A DNA stretch of 64,000 nt from Eledone cirrhosa (lineage: Eukaryota), in NCBI GenBank assembly GCA_964016885.1, contig OZ024742.1, positions 47,244,001-47,308,000 of the forward strand, in the 5' to 3' direction. Below the pieces are notes generated by a model, which had not been told where the DNA came from, searched no databases, and saw only the letters and a program-made list of their open reading frames with translations. Position numbers and translations under genes: made by a program. Below, piece by piece: positions 26,787 to 40,058 of the stretch. Position 1 is the stretch's first letter. Each line of letters starts with the position of its first letter.

Positions 26787-28991
26787 ATGTACTAGTTTCA
26801 AGCTTGTTAGCTATCATCATATTATGTTAAGTTACTTTTATAGTGTAAAAATTTAGCCTTCAGTTTTTGCTTGCAGTATAACTTCGTTCGATTCTGTCAT
26901 TTAGTAAGTTGATTTTAGATTTCAAGATATAAAAGAATTCAAGGTTGCATAATCTGCAGTACTTCAATCCACTCCGATATGCACTAGCGCTGGATAATTT
27001 ATCCCATTTTAATGTGAACTGCCGGTTGTATTCACGGAGTTGCAAGGTCTTATTGGCGAGTGTGGTTACATAACGGTGTTCAGGATGTGTAATCGAAAAT
27101 CGATGACAATACCAGCATGATTTAAAGGAAGTAGTGGTAGACCCGACGTAGTACCATTTCTGGTCGTTTGACTCGACAGTGCATTGATAAACAATGTTGG
27201 ACTCTAGGCATTTATTCTTCAATGGGCATCTTTCGGGTAGGTGGGATGCAGTTTTTGTTATGGGTAACAGTTGTACCATGGATAGGTTGGGATAACAGTT
27301 CAGGTGGGTTGTGTAATACCCGTCTCCCATTTGGTGGTTGGGAGGCTGATATTACGTTATGCCCATCTGTTTCTAAAATATTGTGTTTTGTAGTGTTATT
27401 TAATAATCGCTTTAAGTTAAGTTTTTTATGTATGCTTCTAGGTTTGGTGCAGTGGAGTATGGTAGCTTAACAGTCTTAGAGTTTAGAATTTTACTGTATT
27501 TATGGGAAGTAGGGAAATGCTTGTTAATTAACTTAAAGAATGAAAGAGATAGTTTCGTACTAATCGAAGCATTAAAAATGGGATTATACCAGATATACTT
27601 TCTACAACGTAATTTATCTGAGTTTGGTGATGACTTTCTATTATCAGTATGTCTGGTGGTACTGCGAGTGTACGCTTGTATTTCTGTATCCCGGTTACAT
27701 ATTCTTCGATTTCGTGTGTTGCTATGTGTGCTTTGGTGATTCTTATCAATGTATTCTATTTCATTCCGGTGGTCTGCATTCCCTAATGCGTTATTATAGT
27801 ATTCAGCATGTTCACTGAAAATCTGAGAGTTAGACGATAGGCGAGAGATTCTGAGAGAAATACTACGAGGAACCGATTTGATCATAGAAAGTGGGTGATT
27901 CGAGTTAAAATTAATATATGTAAGGTTCTCGTTTATCTTGTGGAAGGGTCGTATCAGTCCTGTATTCAAATTAATAGTTACGTCTAGAAAATTCACTACT
28001 TTAAGATCGTATTCGTACGTTATTTTCAGACCCAGTTCGCTAAAAGATCTCCTAATGTTTTTCCGTAGCCTTTCAAGATTTTGGTTATTTAAGTTATTAA
28101 CTAATAGAAGCGCGTCGTCTCTATATGTTCCCCCCTGTAGATTATTAAATTTCCCATGTAGTATGTGGGCTATGTAAATTCTCACAAGATCCGTGACCTC
28201 CGCTGAATCATTAGAGCCCATGGTGATGTCGAAGTTAGTGGGTCTATCATTACGCTCCCAGTAGCACTTATCAAACTTGATAATAGTTTTCCTAGCCTCT
28301 AGAATAATATTAATTTAGTCCTCCGTTAGGTCAGAATTCACCTTGGCAAACGATAGTAAAGTACTGGGTGAGATTGAAGAGTAGTATTCGTCTATATCGA
28401 ATTGTATAAACTTAGACTTGACTTTTTTCCTAACGTTATTAAACCAGCGAATTGCTTCGCTAGTGTTGCCCCCATATTTTAATTTCTATTTTCCTTATCA
28501 ATTGAGTTATTACCCTGTCAAGTTTGCTAATTTTTCCTGTCTGATTTAGAAGGGCATATAAGTCTAATCTTAGGGTTAGAGTCAAAATTTACCTTATGGT
28601 CCTTCGGGTTAAAGGTGGGGGTTGCGGGTATAATTGGCTCGGTTCTATCATCTATCTTGAGATTTTTCACTATTTTATATGCTTCGTTGTTAATGTTCGT
28701 TAGTGTAGTTTCACTTGTTTTCCTATATTTCCTATGCAGTTCCTTACGTATAAAGCCGTTGTATGTATCGATATCCATCGTATACATATTAGAGGTCTTA
28801 TCTGCTTTCACAAAAATCCCTTTGGTATTTTGCAGTCTTCGGAGTAGTGCTTTCATGTCGTTCTGCAGCGCATTCCTTCTATGTTTAGTAAACTTGATAT
28901 TCATGATCATATTCATCAAGTCTTGTTCGAAAGCATCGAGATGGGGGTTTTGTCGGTGGGTTTTTACATGATCCAAAGCGATATGATTCAT
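26787..28991 (-). mobile_element. Penelope-like element (RT plus C-terminal GIY-YIG), Hydra-clade-like, decayed
   Basis: KADKTSN, RLICPSKS, QFDI..YYSSI, MGSNDSAEVTDLV, YRDDAL, NFLDV, SNHP, WYNP, then CP...CLESNIVY..YYVGST..CRLCNLE (permuted-sequence GIY-YIG). Contains frameshifts. Clade assignment is from motif memory. Confidence 0.85.
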
Positions 28992-29644
28992 CCAAAACGA
29001 GAATCAGTGTTGCGATTTATCAATTAAGCATCCAACACCCGTTCCCGTTCCATCTTTCACTATATATATATATATATATATATATGTAGGAGGTGAGTTT
29101 TATTGTAGTACAATCTCATCCTTCCTCATTATATTCTCCCTCTCATCTCACCTTCACTCTCATCTCCTCCTCTTTTTTTCACCCCCCCCCCCTCTAAATA
29201 AAGTATTTTTCCCAATATCACACATCAATCTAAAACTACTTCTCATATGTTGATTTAAAACTGCACTATCCACAAGTGGTTTTTAGCCTTCATATGGGGG
29301 GGGGGGGGGGGTCCTCATCAGTTGTCTACTTGGGGTCTAGGATATTTCTACGCTTTAAAGACAAGATATCACTTCACCCCAGGGCGTCAATTACTGGATA
29401 AGTTATTGGCAAAACCAAGGAAGATGGAAGGAAAGCAAAGGGCAAGAAAAGAGAAACAGTAACAAAACACCGAAAAAATAACACAAACCGAGCAATGTGC
29501 GAGCAACTATAGGGAGGGAATCCAAGACCACTCAATAATAGAACTTAAGTTCGATATATATATATATGTATATATATATATAATATAATACCAATATATA
29601 TAATATAAGGTCTTCTTATTGTGCTACAATAAAGCTCACCTCCT

Positions 29645-29759
<115 letters not shown>

Positions 29760-30784
29760 CAAATATACATACTTACATATGTGCGTGTGCGTGCGTGTGT
29801 GTGCATATATATATATATGTCTGTGTATGTGTGCATATATATATATATGTGTGCATGCGAGAGAAAAGTACCACAGCGAGACAATATGGAATAAACAAAA
29901 TAATAGAAGAAAGTATAGGCATAGAGGAAAACAAATAACCATTGAAGATATCACAGAACGTGCGAGGAAAAAATGTTGACGAATTAATAACTTATAATAA
30001 AGTTCACCTGAAAATCCAACAATGTGTGATTTTATTGTTTATATAGTCAACATGACCACACCCAAATATAACACGTTCATTGTCTTGTCTTCCCATTGTT
30101 GTTTTTCTTAAGTTTATCAATACTAATGTGACTAAGGCTTGCACATTTTTAACAGGATGTCTTGATTTCTTCTCGTTTCTTTCTTTTCTCTTTTTTTTCT
30201 TTGTTTCCTTTATGATTCTCGTGTTGTCGGAGGCACTACACTTTTGCTTAGATGTCACATAGGATTCTATGTGTACTGGTAGCTTATTTGCTATAAATTG
30301 GTGCTTTGTCTCTCCTCTCTTACTCCGCTTGACAATATTTGGCTTGTGTCGGGCGCTGTGACCCCGAGTGAGTCAGCAGTGTTATTGGTGGGGGTAGAGC
30401 TGCCAGAGTTCGCCTCGGGGGCCGATGACCCTGCAGTTCTGTTTTCTTCGTTTGTGTGTTTTTATTTTTCAAATATAATATTTTTAGGATTTCCTCTTAA
30501 ATGATATTTTTCGTTCGTTGTCTTGTCCTCTTGTTGTTTTTCGTAAGTATATATATATATATATAGTAATAATAATAAATTTGAAGACTAAAATCCAAAG
30601 AGGGCTCGATAAGGATAAATATATATCAAATATATAAGAACCGTAGAGCAAATATTTATTAAAATAACAGATTAAACTTTAAGCAAAGAATCGCTGCTTT
30701 CACCCTTAACGGGATCTTCTGAAACTAACAAAGTCAATCTGTAAAGCAGAACTGGATATTTCAAAAAACGTTGCCACCGAAGGA

Positions 30785-31762
30785 AGACAGGAAGACGATA
30801 CTTTGGTTCGTGGAAACGTTCGCTGGCTAAGAACGGGAAAAAACGAATATAATTGTTTCTACTTTAGGCACAAGGCCAGCAATTACCCAGTGCATTACTG
30901 GTACTTTATTTTATCGACCCCGTAGGGATGAAAGGCAAAGTCAACCTCGGCGGGATTAATAGGAGCGGTGAAAACAATTACGCGCAAAGACAGAACCACG
31001 TTTATGGTATAAAAGAGGTCGTAGACTAATGTTCTCTTAGGTGGTGCATAGAGACGTTCTCTGGCAATGAACGAAAAAAAACGTGTCTATACGGGAGTTT
31101 TGCGTCTGTGTGAGTATGCAGGTTCGTACGTATGTAGGGCTGTGTATATGTGTACTTCATGTTTTGGTTGACTTGCGTCTCCGAACATTCGTGTATTTAC
31201 ATGTAGGTATGTGTGTGCGCTTGTTATATACGTATTTATTTATTTATATGTTTATATAATTATTTATTTATTTGTATACACGCTTACACACACACATATA
31301 TTTATATGTGCGTGGTTTTGTTTCCTATGGTAAGGTTTTGCGTATGCTTGTGTATGTACGTATTTGTTTGCGTGTATGTATTTATTTATTTCTATTACTT
31401 CTGTATTGTATTTATTTACTTTGTTCTATATCCGTAGCGGAGATTCATTCGGTCACCTAGTTAGAATTTAGTCTACGACTTCTGCTATACCATTTACGTG
31501 GTTTTTGTATTTGCGTGCTATTGTTATCCACGATCCACATATGACTTATTATCTTCGTTTTTTTCGTTCATTGCCAGAGAACGTCTCTATGCACCACCTA
31601 AGAGAACATTAGTCTACGACCTCTTTTATACCATAAACGTGGTTCTGTCTTTGCGCGTAATTGTTTTTCACCGCTCCTATTAATGACGTATTATATTCTG
31701 TTTTTCCCGTTCTTAGCCAGCGAACGTTTCCACGAACCAAAGTATCGTCTTCCTGTCTTCCT
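30785..31762. repeat. Inverted repeat with long spacer, left arm interrupted by a SINE
   Basis: 30785-30845 plus 30957-31081 are the reverse complement of 31700-31762 plus 31558-31683. Confidence 0.8.
30850..30956 (-). mobile_element. SINE 3' half
   Basis: Reverse complement of the 35302-35487 SINE body. Confidence 0.8.
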
Positions 31763-31817
31763 CCGTATATCCGTGTGTGTATAACATTACTATATATATA
31801 TATATATAAATATAATA

Positions 31818-32237
31818 TATAAGATCAAAAGATAGTTAAAAGAGTTCCATGTATTTTATTATGCGCATTTCAAAAACAAATATCATCATGCAATAATATT
31901 TGTGTTTTCATCAGATAAAATAGGAAGACATGATATGAAGGTTAAAAAACCCTTGTGAATAGTGCAGTTTTAAATCAACATATGACGATTTAAAACTGCA
32001 CTATTCACAAGTGTTTTTTAACCTTCATATCATGTCTTCCTATTTTATCTGATGAAAACACAAATATTATTGCATGATGATATTCGTTTTTGAAATGCGC
32101 ATAATAAAATACATGTAACTCTTTTAACCATCTTTTGATCTTATATATTCTGTATACTCCAGTCCCACAAACTGTAGAGTGCTTCTTATCCGATACCTGC
32201 ATTGCTTTATTGTACTACAATAAAACTCACCTCCTAC
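31818..32237. mobile_element. Family A fold-back copy with two HHRs
   Basis: Arms 31818-31980 and 31985-32145 around CATATG. The family A 5' end appears inverted at 32200-32237. Confidence 0.8.
32041..32111 (+). ncRNA. Type I hammerhead candidate (family A)
   Basis: TATTTTAT-CTGATGA-AAACACAAATATTAT..ATGATATTCGTTTTT-GAAA-TGCGC-ATA-ATAAAATA with palindromic stem III ATGCGCAT. Mirror copy on minus at 31852-31922. Confidence 0.8.
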
Positions 32238-32293
<56 letters not shown>

Positions 32294-33804
32294 AACCAGT
32301 AAGACCCCGACAGCAGAGCTCAAGCCGTTTCGACGGCTAATTCTGGAATATATATATATGAATGAAAAATGTCGTGCTGCGTGTTGCGAATATGAACATA
32401 TGAATAAAAATAGACCAAGTAACAAGAATGTCTTTCATCAGTAGCCTGCTGATAATCATTGGTATTTCTTCGCATTAAAGACTTTTAGCAAGAGTTATAG
32501 TCACCGATTTAGCGGAGAGTCATATTTAGAGGTGTTGGTGTGTCGCCACCAGGAACCAGGTTCGGTAGAAAGATTTGATAGGAATATCAACAATGACTTT
32601 AGCTTGGTTTTACATTATTTATTAACAGAGGTTGAGCTGGCATGCCAAGAGAAATAAAACAAATCAATTAAGATTACAAGAGAACATACGGTCGACTGGC
32701 TGAGGCGTTTAGCCAATTCCGTAGTAAAATTGTTGTGTCGTTACATATTGTTTGTGCTGGCGGAGCAAAAGAACAAGTGGTGTTTTACCTTAGCACGGTC
32801 TAGCTGGATGTGATAGCGGCCTCAAATCTTTGCGGGCTATTTCTCCCTCAGAACGCGTAGGGATACATCCTCTTCTACTGGCGCTGATTGGCTGAGCTGA
32901 GCCAAATCACGCACAGAGAATGTATGTGAGCCTGCGGAATGTAGGTTACTACAGACTAGATACCTAAAATCAGTGCGAGTGATGACTAAATTAAGTTATC
33001 GGGACAGAGGAAAACAGAGGAAAAGAAACAAACAACATGGTAGTAATGCAACGTAAAGAGAGGAAAAGAGAGACAAGTCAATGAATCTTGTGGGCTTAAG
33101 TCCGACAAATCAAATAACGAGAAGAAACAGGCGCGTCCAAGCCACGAGAAAAGTGAGAGAGGAAAGAATATTTCACGCAGGTCAGACGGGAGGAAGTGAG
33201 AGAGGAGGAGTAGCAGAGAGTGAGTGAGTGAAAGTGTGAGGATGGGGCCAGCCGAGAGTGAGTGACTAGCAGCGGGAGTGGATGAAAGCAAGAGGTGAAG
33301 GAGAGAGAAGGGGGCGAAAGAAAGAGGATATCAGTAAGGTGACAGAAAAAATACGAACCACAGCGAAGGGGAAATATATATATGAATGAAAAATCGCGTG
33401 CTGCGTTGATGCGTATATGAACACATATGAAGAAAAATAGACCGAGAAATATATATAAATATACATATATATATATATATGAAAAAGTGAGTCCTTCATC
33501 AGTGACCCTCCAACCGTCCTGGGTATTTCATCGCTTTAAGGGCCATATGCCTCGGGTTGGTGCGAACAACGGCTAAAAAAAGTCGTTGGGACACGTAAAT
33601 AAAGGGGGACGCCAGAGTAACGACAAAAAAGTTTTAGCAACGGAAAGTAAGTAGAAATAGACAAGTCCCAGATCTCTATGAATATAAACTCTGTGAAATC
33701 GTGAACAAGAGACAAAAGACCATCAAACCTGGTTGAAATGTGAGCAAGGAAAGAATTTCGCCCAAGTTTGACGGGGTGGAAAAAAAGAGAGAGAGAAAAA
33801 GGAG

Positions 33805-33867
33805 AGAAGAAGAAGAAGAAGAAGAAGAAGAAGAAGAAGAAGAAGAAGAAGAAGAAGAAGAAGAAGA
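33805..33867. repeat. (GAA)n microsatellite
   Basis: Direct reading. Explains the poly-Glu ORF 33740-33994. Confidence 0.95.
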
Positions 33868-34126
33868 TAAAGGGGTCTGTTCTACGAATTCAGTAAACGT
33901 AAGTTTTGTGAAGTCGCAGACGAAAGAGAGAGAGAAAAAAATTCCATACCAGCTTGGTCAAGACTGCGCGAGAAAAGAATTACACACAGGTTAAACTTGA
34001 AGGAGGAGGAGGAAAGAGGAGGAGGAGGAAAGAGGAGGAGGAGAGGTAGTGACAGAGAATGAGTGAGTGAAAGTTGAGGAGGAGGCTAACAGAGAGAGAG
34101 AGACTGCTAGAAGGGGTGCTAGAAGG

Positions 34127-34162
<36 letters not shown>

Positions 34163-34168
<6 letters not shown>

Positions 34169-34597
34169 CATATATAAATAAGAATGTAAATCAACAGGGT
34201 AAAATTACCTTCGTTTATTCACTTTCGCTGCTATATATATATTTCAATGATACCCATTTTTCACCAGTTATGACCACATCAGGCGGTAAGAACTTGAACA
34301 GAAAAAACGGCAAGACATGATGTTGTAATGATTTTTACCTTATTAATTCATTGATATGCCCAGCTTCTGCGTGTGTTGTTAGACCTCTAAGGAACTGCAA
34401 GCATATGAATCAACCAGGAAAAAAATCCATTACATCATGTTTTCCTGTTTTTTTTTCTGTTATATTCTTACTGCCTAATGAGGTCATAACTGTTGAATAA
34501 TGGCTATCACTGAAATATATATATAGCAGCGAATGTGAATAAACGAAGCTAATTTTACCCTGTTGATTTACATTCTTATTTTTATATGTAAATATAT
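34163..34597. repeat. Old fold-back element with a degenerate HHR in each arm
   Basis: Arms about 34163-34340 and 34420-34597. HHR at 34471-34529 (+, CTAATGA) and 34228-34286 (-, CTGATGT), stem I CTGC/GCAG, GAAA-TATATAT-ATA. Confidence 0.75.
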
Positions 34598-34717
34598 ATG
34601 AATACTTGACTTACACGTCTTGTTTTTACATTACTCCTGAGTAAATAAACCAGCCTGCGCACTCGTTGAGTGCTCAAACCTGCATACTAGGTGTAGGTAA
34701 ACAATCAGCACATACTC

Positions 34718-34861
<144 letters not shown>

Positions 34862-35100
34862 GCGTGTGTGCGTGTGTGTGTGTGCGTGGGCGCGTGTGTG
34901 TGTGGGTGTATGTGTGTCTGCGTGTCTGTTTCTGTTTGGTGTTACCTATGTGAATGTGGGTGTGTATATGTCTGGCTAGGTGTCGTTCATGTAGAAAATA
35001 AAGAAAAAGAACGGGAATATGTTTATCCTTACACGATATTTATTTTTCATTACGAAATACAATGAGAAATAATTGTTTCTACTTTTCTAATTTATTCTAC

Positions 35101-35283
35101 AATAATTGTTTCTACACAAGGTCAGCAAATTACCCAGTACATTACTGGTACTTTATTTTATCGACCCCGTAAGGATGAAAGGCAAAGTTAATCTCGGCGG
35201 GATTTGAACTCAGATCATAAAGGGACGTAACACTATGCTTAAAAGCATTGTGTCCGACTCTCTATTGATACTGCCAATCCACC
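35101..35283 (-). mobile_element. tRNA-derived SINE
   Basis: Full-length reverse copy with A box (TGGCAGTATC) and B box. Confidence 0.85.
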
Positions 35284-35301
35284 GTTATCTATTTGCAATT
35301 T

Positions 35302-35487
35302 GCGGTGGTGGATTGGCAGTATCGGTAGAGGGTCGGACGCCATGCTTTCCAGCATAGTTACGTCCCTTTACGATCTGAGTTCAAATCCCGCCGAGGTTGA
35401 CTTTGCCTTTCATCCTTACGGGGTCGATAAAATAAAGTACCAGTAATGCACTGGGTAATTGCTGGCCTTGTGCCTAAAGTAGAAACA
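35302..35487 (+). mobile_element. tRNA-derived SINE with 18-bp TSD
   Basis: A box TGGCAGTATCGG, B box GAGTTCAAATCC. Direct repeat GTTATCTATTTGCAATTT at 35284-35301 and 35488-35505. Confidence 0.9.
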
Positions 35488-35888
35488 GTTATCTATTTGC
35501 AATTTCTATTCTCTTATTTAATTATTGGGGAAAATAACGGATTTTGTTTTTAATATATACAAAAGAGGTATGCTTAATAGGACAGTTGAATTAACTGAAA
35601 TAACAATGCTGTGTTAAATATTCTGATTAAATCCAAGCAGTGTATCTGGTAATGTATCTACATTTTTATTCACTAAAATATTATGAATATTGCCCCCGAT
35701 GCTTCAAATTTGTTATAGAAAGAAACAATTTAATAAAATATTTTTTGTTATACGAACATATATTTGTTTTTATTTTTCAGGGTAATTAAACAAGAATTAC
35801 TTTCGGTGTGGGTTTTGTTTATAAAAATATATCAAATTTCGATGGAAAAATCGTCATAAATTCAATTCCAGTTTTAATGATTTAAAAT

Positions 35889-35944
35889 TAGTTTTTCATA
35901 ATTATTTATTAAGAAAAATAGAAATAATGTTTTGAAACCATCGG

Positions 35945-35996
<52 letters not shown>

Positions 35997-36057
35997 CCGA
36001 TGGTTTCAAAACATTATTTCTATTTTTCTTACATAATAAATAATTATGAAAAACTAT
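35889..36057. repeat. Palindrome centred on a (TA)n tract
   Basis: Arms 35889-35948 and 35992-36057 flank about 44 bp of (TA)n. Confidence 0.85.
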
Positions 36058-36171
36058 ATATATATAAGCAAAAGGAATATTTAATTTGTTGGTAATTCAA
36101 CAAATATATATATTTATAACTGATTCGAAGCACTCGACAGTTTTTCTGGAGTATAATATCAATGATATTAA

Positions 36172-36478
36172 TAAATGGAAACTATATTTATAAAACCATA
36201 TTTATTCTATTATATATATTACAACGGTACCAAAACTTTGGTACGTCTAATCAGATAAAATACAAAGTTTATTTTATAAATATTGACATATCCAGGAAGG
36301 AGATCTTAACGGTTCAAGTTTTTCCAGGAAAAACTTGAACCGTTAAGATCTCCTTCCTCGATATGTCAATATTTATAAAACAAACTTTGTATTTTATCTG
36401 ATTAGACGTACCAAAGTTTTGGTACCGTTGTAATATATATAATAGAATAAATATGGTTTTATAAATATAGTTTCCATT
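36172..36478. repeat. Near-perfect fold-back element, family F, with mutated HHR
   Basis: Centre TTTCC-A-GGAAA at 36326. TATTTTAT-CTGATTA...GTAA-TATAT-ATA-ATAGAATA in both arms. Related copy at 61885-62115. Confidence 0.85.
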
Positions 36479-36481
36479 AAT

Positions 36482-36580
36482 TAATTGTTTCTACTTTTGG
36501 CACAAGGCCAGCAATTATCCAGTACATTACTGGTACTTTATTTTATCGACCCTATAAGGATGAAAGGCAAAGTTAACCTC
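36482..36580 (-). mobile_element. SINE 3' half
   Basis: Same family as 35302-35487. Confidence 0.75.
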
Positions 36581-38245
36581 GTATCATTGATATATATATA
36601 TAGTGGGAGGGAGAGAGAGAGAGTGAGAAAAAGCGAGAGAGATAGGAGCGAGAGACAGAGAGGGAGAGCGAGGGGGCATAGAGCGAGAGAGAGAGAGAGG
36701 GATAGAGGGATATATATAGAGAGAGAAACAGAGGTGAGGCGTATCTTCAATCTACCGATACGGTACAACGGCATCGGCTGTATTCTATCTGTAATTTTTT
36801 TTTTACTTTCTAAGTTCAAATCCCGTCGATAAGCTAAAGTACCTGTAACGAACTCAGGTCGATTTAATCGACTATCCCCTCATGCCAACAAATTGCTGGC
36901 CTAGTGCCTATATCTGAAACCATTATTTTTATATTGAAATGGATTTATGGAGACATCAACGATTCCAAACCGGATTGAAATAGCTCATTAAATGTCTTCA
37001 CAATGAACGAGCATCAATGTCTGTAGAATATGGTAGATGTACTTTATATATTGAGGTCTTGCAAACACTTACATTGATGGATGACAGAAGTAAGTTTATT
37101 CACATCCAAAAACAGACATGATGCAAGTATAATTTTTGTTCAGCTCCGTCTCCACCCAGTTTGGAAAGACCTTTCATGCTACGAACATCTCGTGTCCTCT
37201 TTCTTTGTATGTCTTCCTTCGTTTTACTTTCGACGGCAACAGAGAATAAGGATCCCTAGCCGCTGCATATCTCATAATGAGGAAATTGCAAGCTTGTTTT
37301 GGGGATTTGGAAACAAGCAGAAGAAAGAGCTCCTCGTGGAAAGAGGGATATTACTACAACGAGACTATACTAAGTGACTGGCTTAAGAGCTGTCAGCACA
37401 AGAGCGGAATACACTTATAATGGACAGACTTATAATGGGTCAAGTGCGCGTGGGTCTGTATAGATAGATAGATAGACAGATTGTTAGCGAAAGAGAGAGA
37501 GTGAGTGAGAGAGAGATGGTTAGACAGATAGATTAGATTGATAGATACATAAAATATGATAATAATAAATGATACTACTAATATCCTCGAGTACCGCGAA
37601 ACATAATTTTATCGGATAAATAAATTCTCAAATTCTCCAACAACAACAAGGAAATAGTAAAATAGTTGAAAATATAGATATTAGTCGATTACACTCATAG
37701 TTTATGAGAGATAACTCAGCTTGGTGTTGGTAATCTCTCTCCCTCTATCTTTGTCTCTCACTTTCTGATTTCCTATCTCTTGGTCTCCGTCTCCCTTCTT
37801 CCCCTCTATTATTTACCCCCCCCCCCACCTTTCTCTCCATGTGGCAATCAAAGAGGGATCTGATCTGTCTCAGGACTGAAATCTAGTAAAATTGTCGTAA
37901 TTTTGCATCATTACAACTTTAAGCTATGAGATATATAATGCGTATTTACAAATAACATTACAAATGTCAGTGATATGTGCGTTACTAACAATAGTGGTCT
38001 GCTATTAAAATCAAGAAACTGAATATGAACCATTCAGTCGATATGTAGATATATTGTTGCAGCTGGTTACAGCAATGTATTTATGGATATCATGTTTTCC
38101 TGAGAAATGCGGTGGATGGATCTGCTGAATGTTGGAGAATATTTCTCTATGGAGTTTGTTCCCTCTCTGAGGATGATTTAAATATTTTTATATTTTAGCT
38201 CGAACAATTAACTGTAATCCAGCAACATTATTATAAATTGGCAGG

Positions 38246-38648
38246 GCGGTGGATTGGCAGCATCAGTAGAGGGTTAGAGGCCATGCTTTGCAGCATAGAG
38301 TTGCGGCCCTTTACGGTATGAGTTCAAAGCCCGCCGGGGTTAGCTTTGCCTTTCATCCTTACGGGGTCGATAAAATAAAGTACCAGTAAAGCATGGGATA
38401 ATTGCTGACCTTGTGCCCAAAGTAGAAACAATTATTATAATTTGGCAGTATCAATAAAGCGCCGAACACCATGCTTTGTGGCATAGAGTTGCATCCCTTT
38501 GCGTTGTGAGTTCAAATCCCGGCGAGGTTACTTTTCCCTTTCATTCTTACGAGATCGATGAAATACCAGTATGCACTGGCTTTAATTTAATCGCCCCCCC
38601 CACCAACAAAGCTGTTGGTCTTGTGGCTAGGTCAGAAACCATTATTAT
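38246..38648 (+). mobile_element. Two tandem tRNA-derived SINEs
   Basis: A/B boxes at about 38255/38320 and 38442/38509. TTATAA(A/T)TTGGCAG is repeated around the first copy (TSD-like). Confidence 0.8.
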
Positions 38649-39386
38649 AAGTCTTAGTTGCGGGATCCTGTGTTGTTCGAACTCAAGTGCAAAAGTTAAA
38701 TACCATGAACTATTTAATCAGCTGCCTTCAAGTTTGTTCTCATTTTCTTGATATATATAATAAAATATAATATAAATCTCCTGTCGTGGATTTCAGATTT
38801 TGCTGCATTGTTTTAAAACCAATAATCTATTTCATTCATATTGAATTCTTTGTGTTTCTGTGACAAAATTCTTCTCTTTTTAACAATAAAATTCTACATA
38901 CGTCTATGCCAGCTTACTTCGTAAATTATATATCATGTAACTGATATGAAAAAGAAAATAGTTTTGATGTTTAAATCAATGGCGTTTATTGGTGGTTTTA
39001 ACAATGCCAAATGATTTCTGAGAAGAGAAAACATTTTAGCATGAAATATATCAGCATCTATACAAAGTTATTTTATGTATCACACAAAGAAAAAAGGCAT
39101 TGTTTCACTCTTGAAGCGAAAAAATAAATGTTTCAATTGCTATTGTTCAAAGGCATGCGCATCACACTTCTCAGTTGTGGTATGTAAATAATTAATGATA
39201 TTAGCCTTAAGCTGTGTTATCGGTCAACATCTCCCCAGATTCTCGACGTCTATCATGAATAAAAATCTTTTATGGAATCAACGTACGCACAGATACACAA
39301 ACACACCCGCGCACACGCATACACACACGCACACACACACGCACACACACACACAGACACACACACACACACACATACACACACAC

Positions 39387-39486
<100 letters not shown>

Positions 39487-39789
39487 GACTAGACACTTAT
39501 ATATATATTAGTAAAAATGAAAAGAAAATGCTGACAAATTTTTCCCAGTGAGAAATAGTTTAATTAGGAATAAGTATAAATTAGTAATCAGTACGGGTTA
39601 GTATTCAGTTTTAGTTTTAAGTTTTTACCGGTTGCGCATTTCCAATGCTTTTCAAAAATAATTTTGAGTTTAAGTTTATCATGTTATTATTTGTATATAT
39701 AAATATTGAGATTTGTTGTAATAAATCACTACCAATACTGGAATTGAAGCATCAAGACAGTTGAAGTATATCATACATCAATTGATATA

Positions 39790-39852
39790 TTTTATCTGAT
39801 GAGGGCGTACTGCAAAAACAGCACAGTACCTCCGAAATATATATAATAAAAC
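39790..39852 (+). ncRNA. Type I hammerhead candidate
   Basis: TTTTAT-CTGATGA(39796-39802)-GGGCGTACTG..CAGTACCTCC-GAAA(39834)-TATATAT-ATA-ATAAAA. Confidence 0.75.
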
Positions 39853-39971
39853 ATATATTTTGATTATGTGAACGTATTCATTTATTAATATTTTGAATAA
39901 TATTACTAACTTCAGAAAACTTCTTAGTAGAGTGCTTTTAATCTATTGTAAAACTATATTCTTTGAGTAAT

Positions 39972-40055
<84 letters not shown>

Positions 40056-40058
<3 letters not shown>

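Noticed and set aside
33491-33545. SECIS interpretation of AUGAA...CUGAU
   Set aside because: The helix between the quartet and loop is too short, AUGA occurs in only one of four copies, and no UGA-rich ORF is adjacent.
35101-35487. Head-to-head SINE pair as a fold-back element
   Set aside because: The plus copy has its own 18-bp TSD and the copies are diverged, so these are independent insertions.
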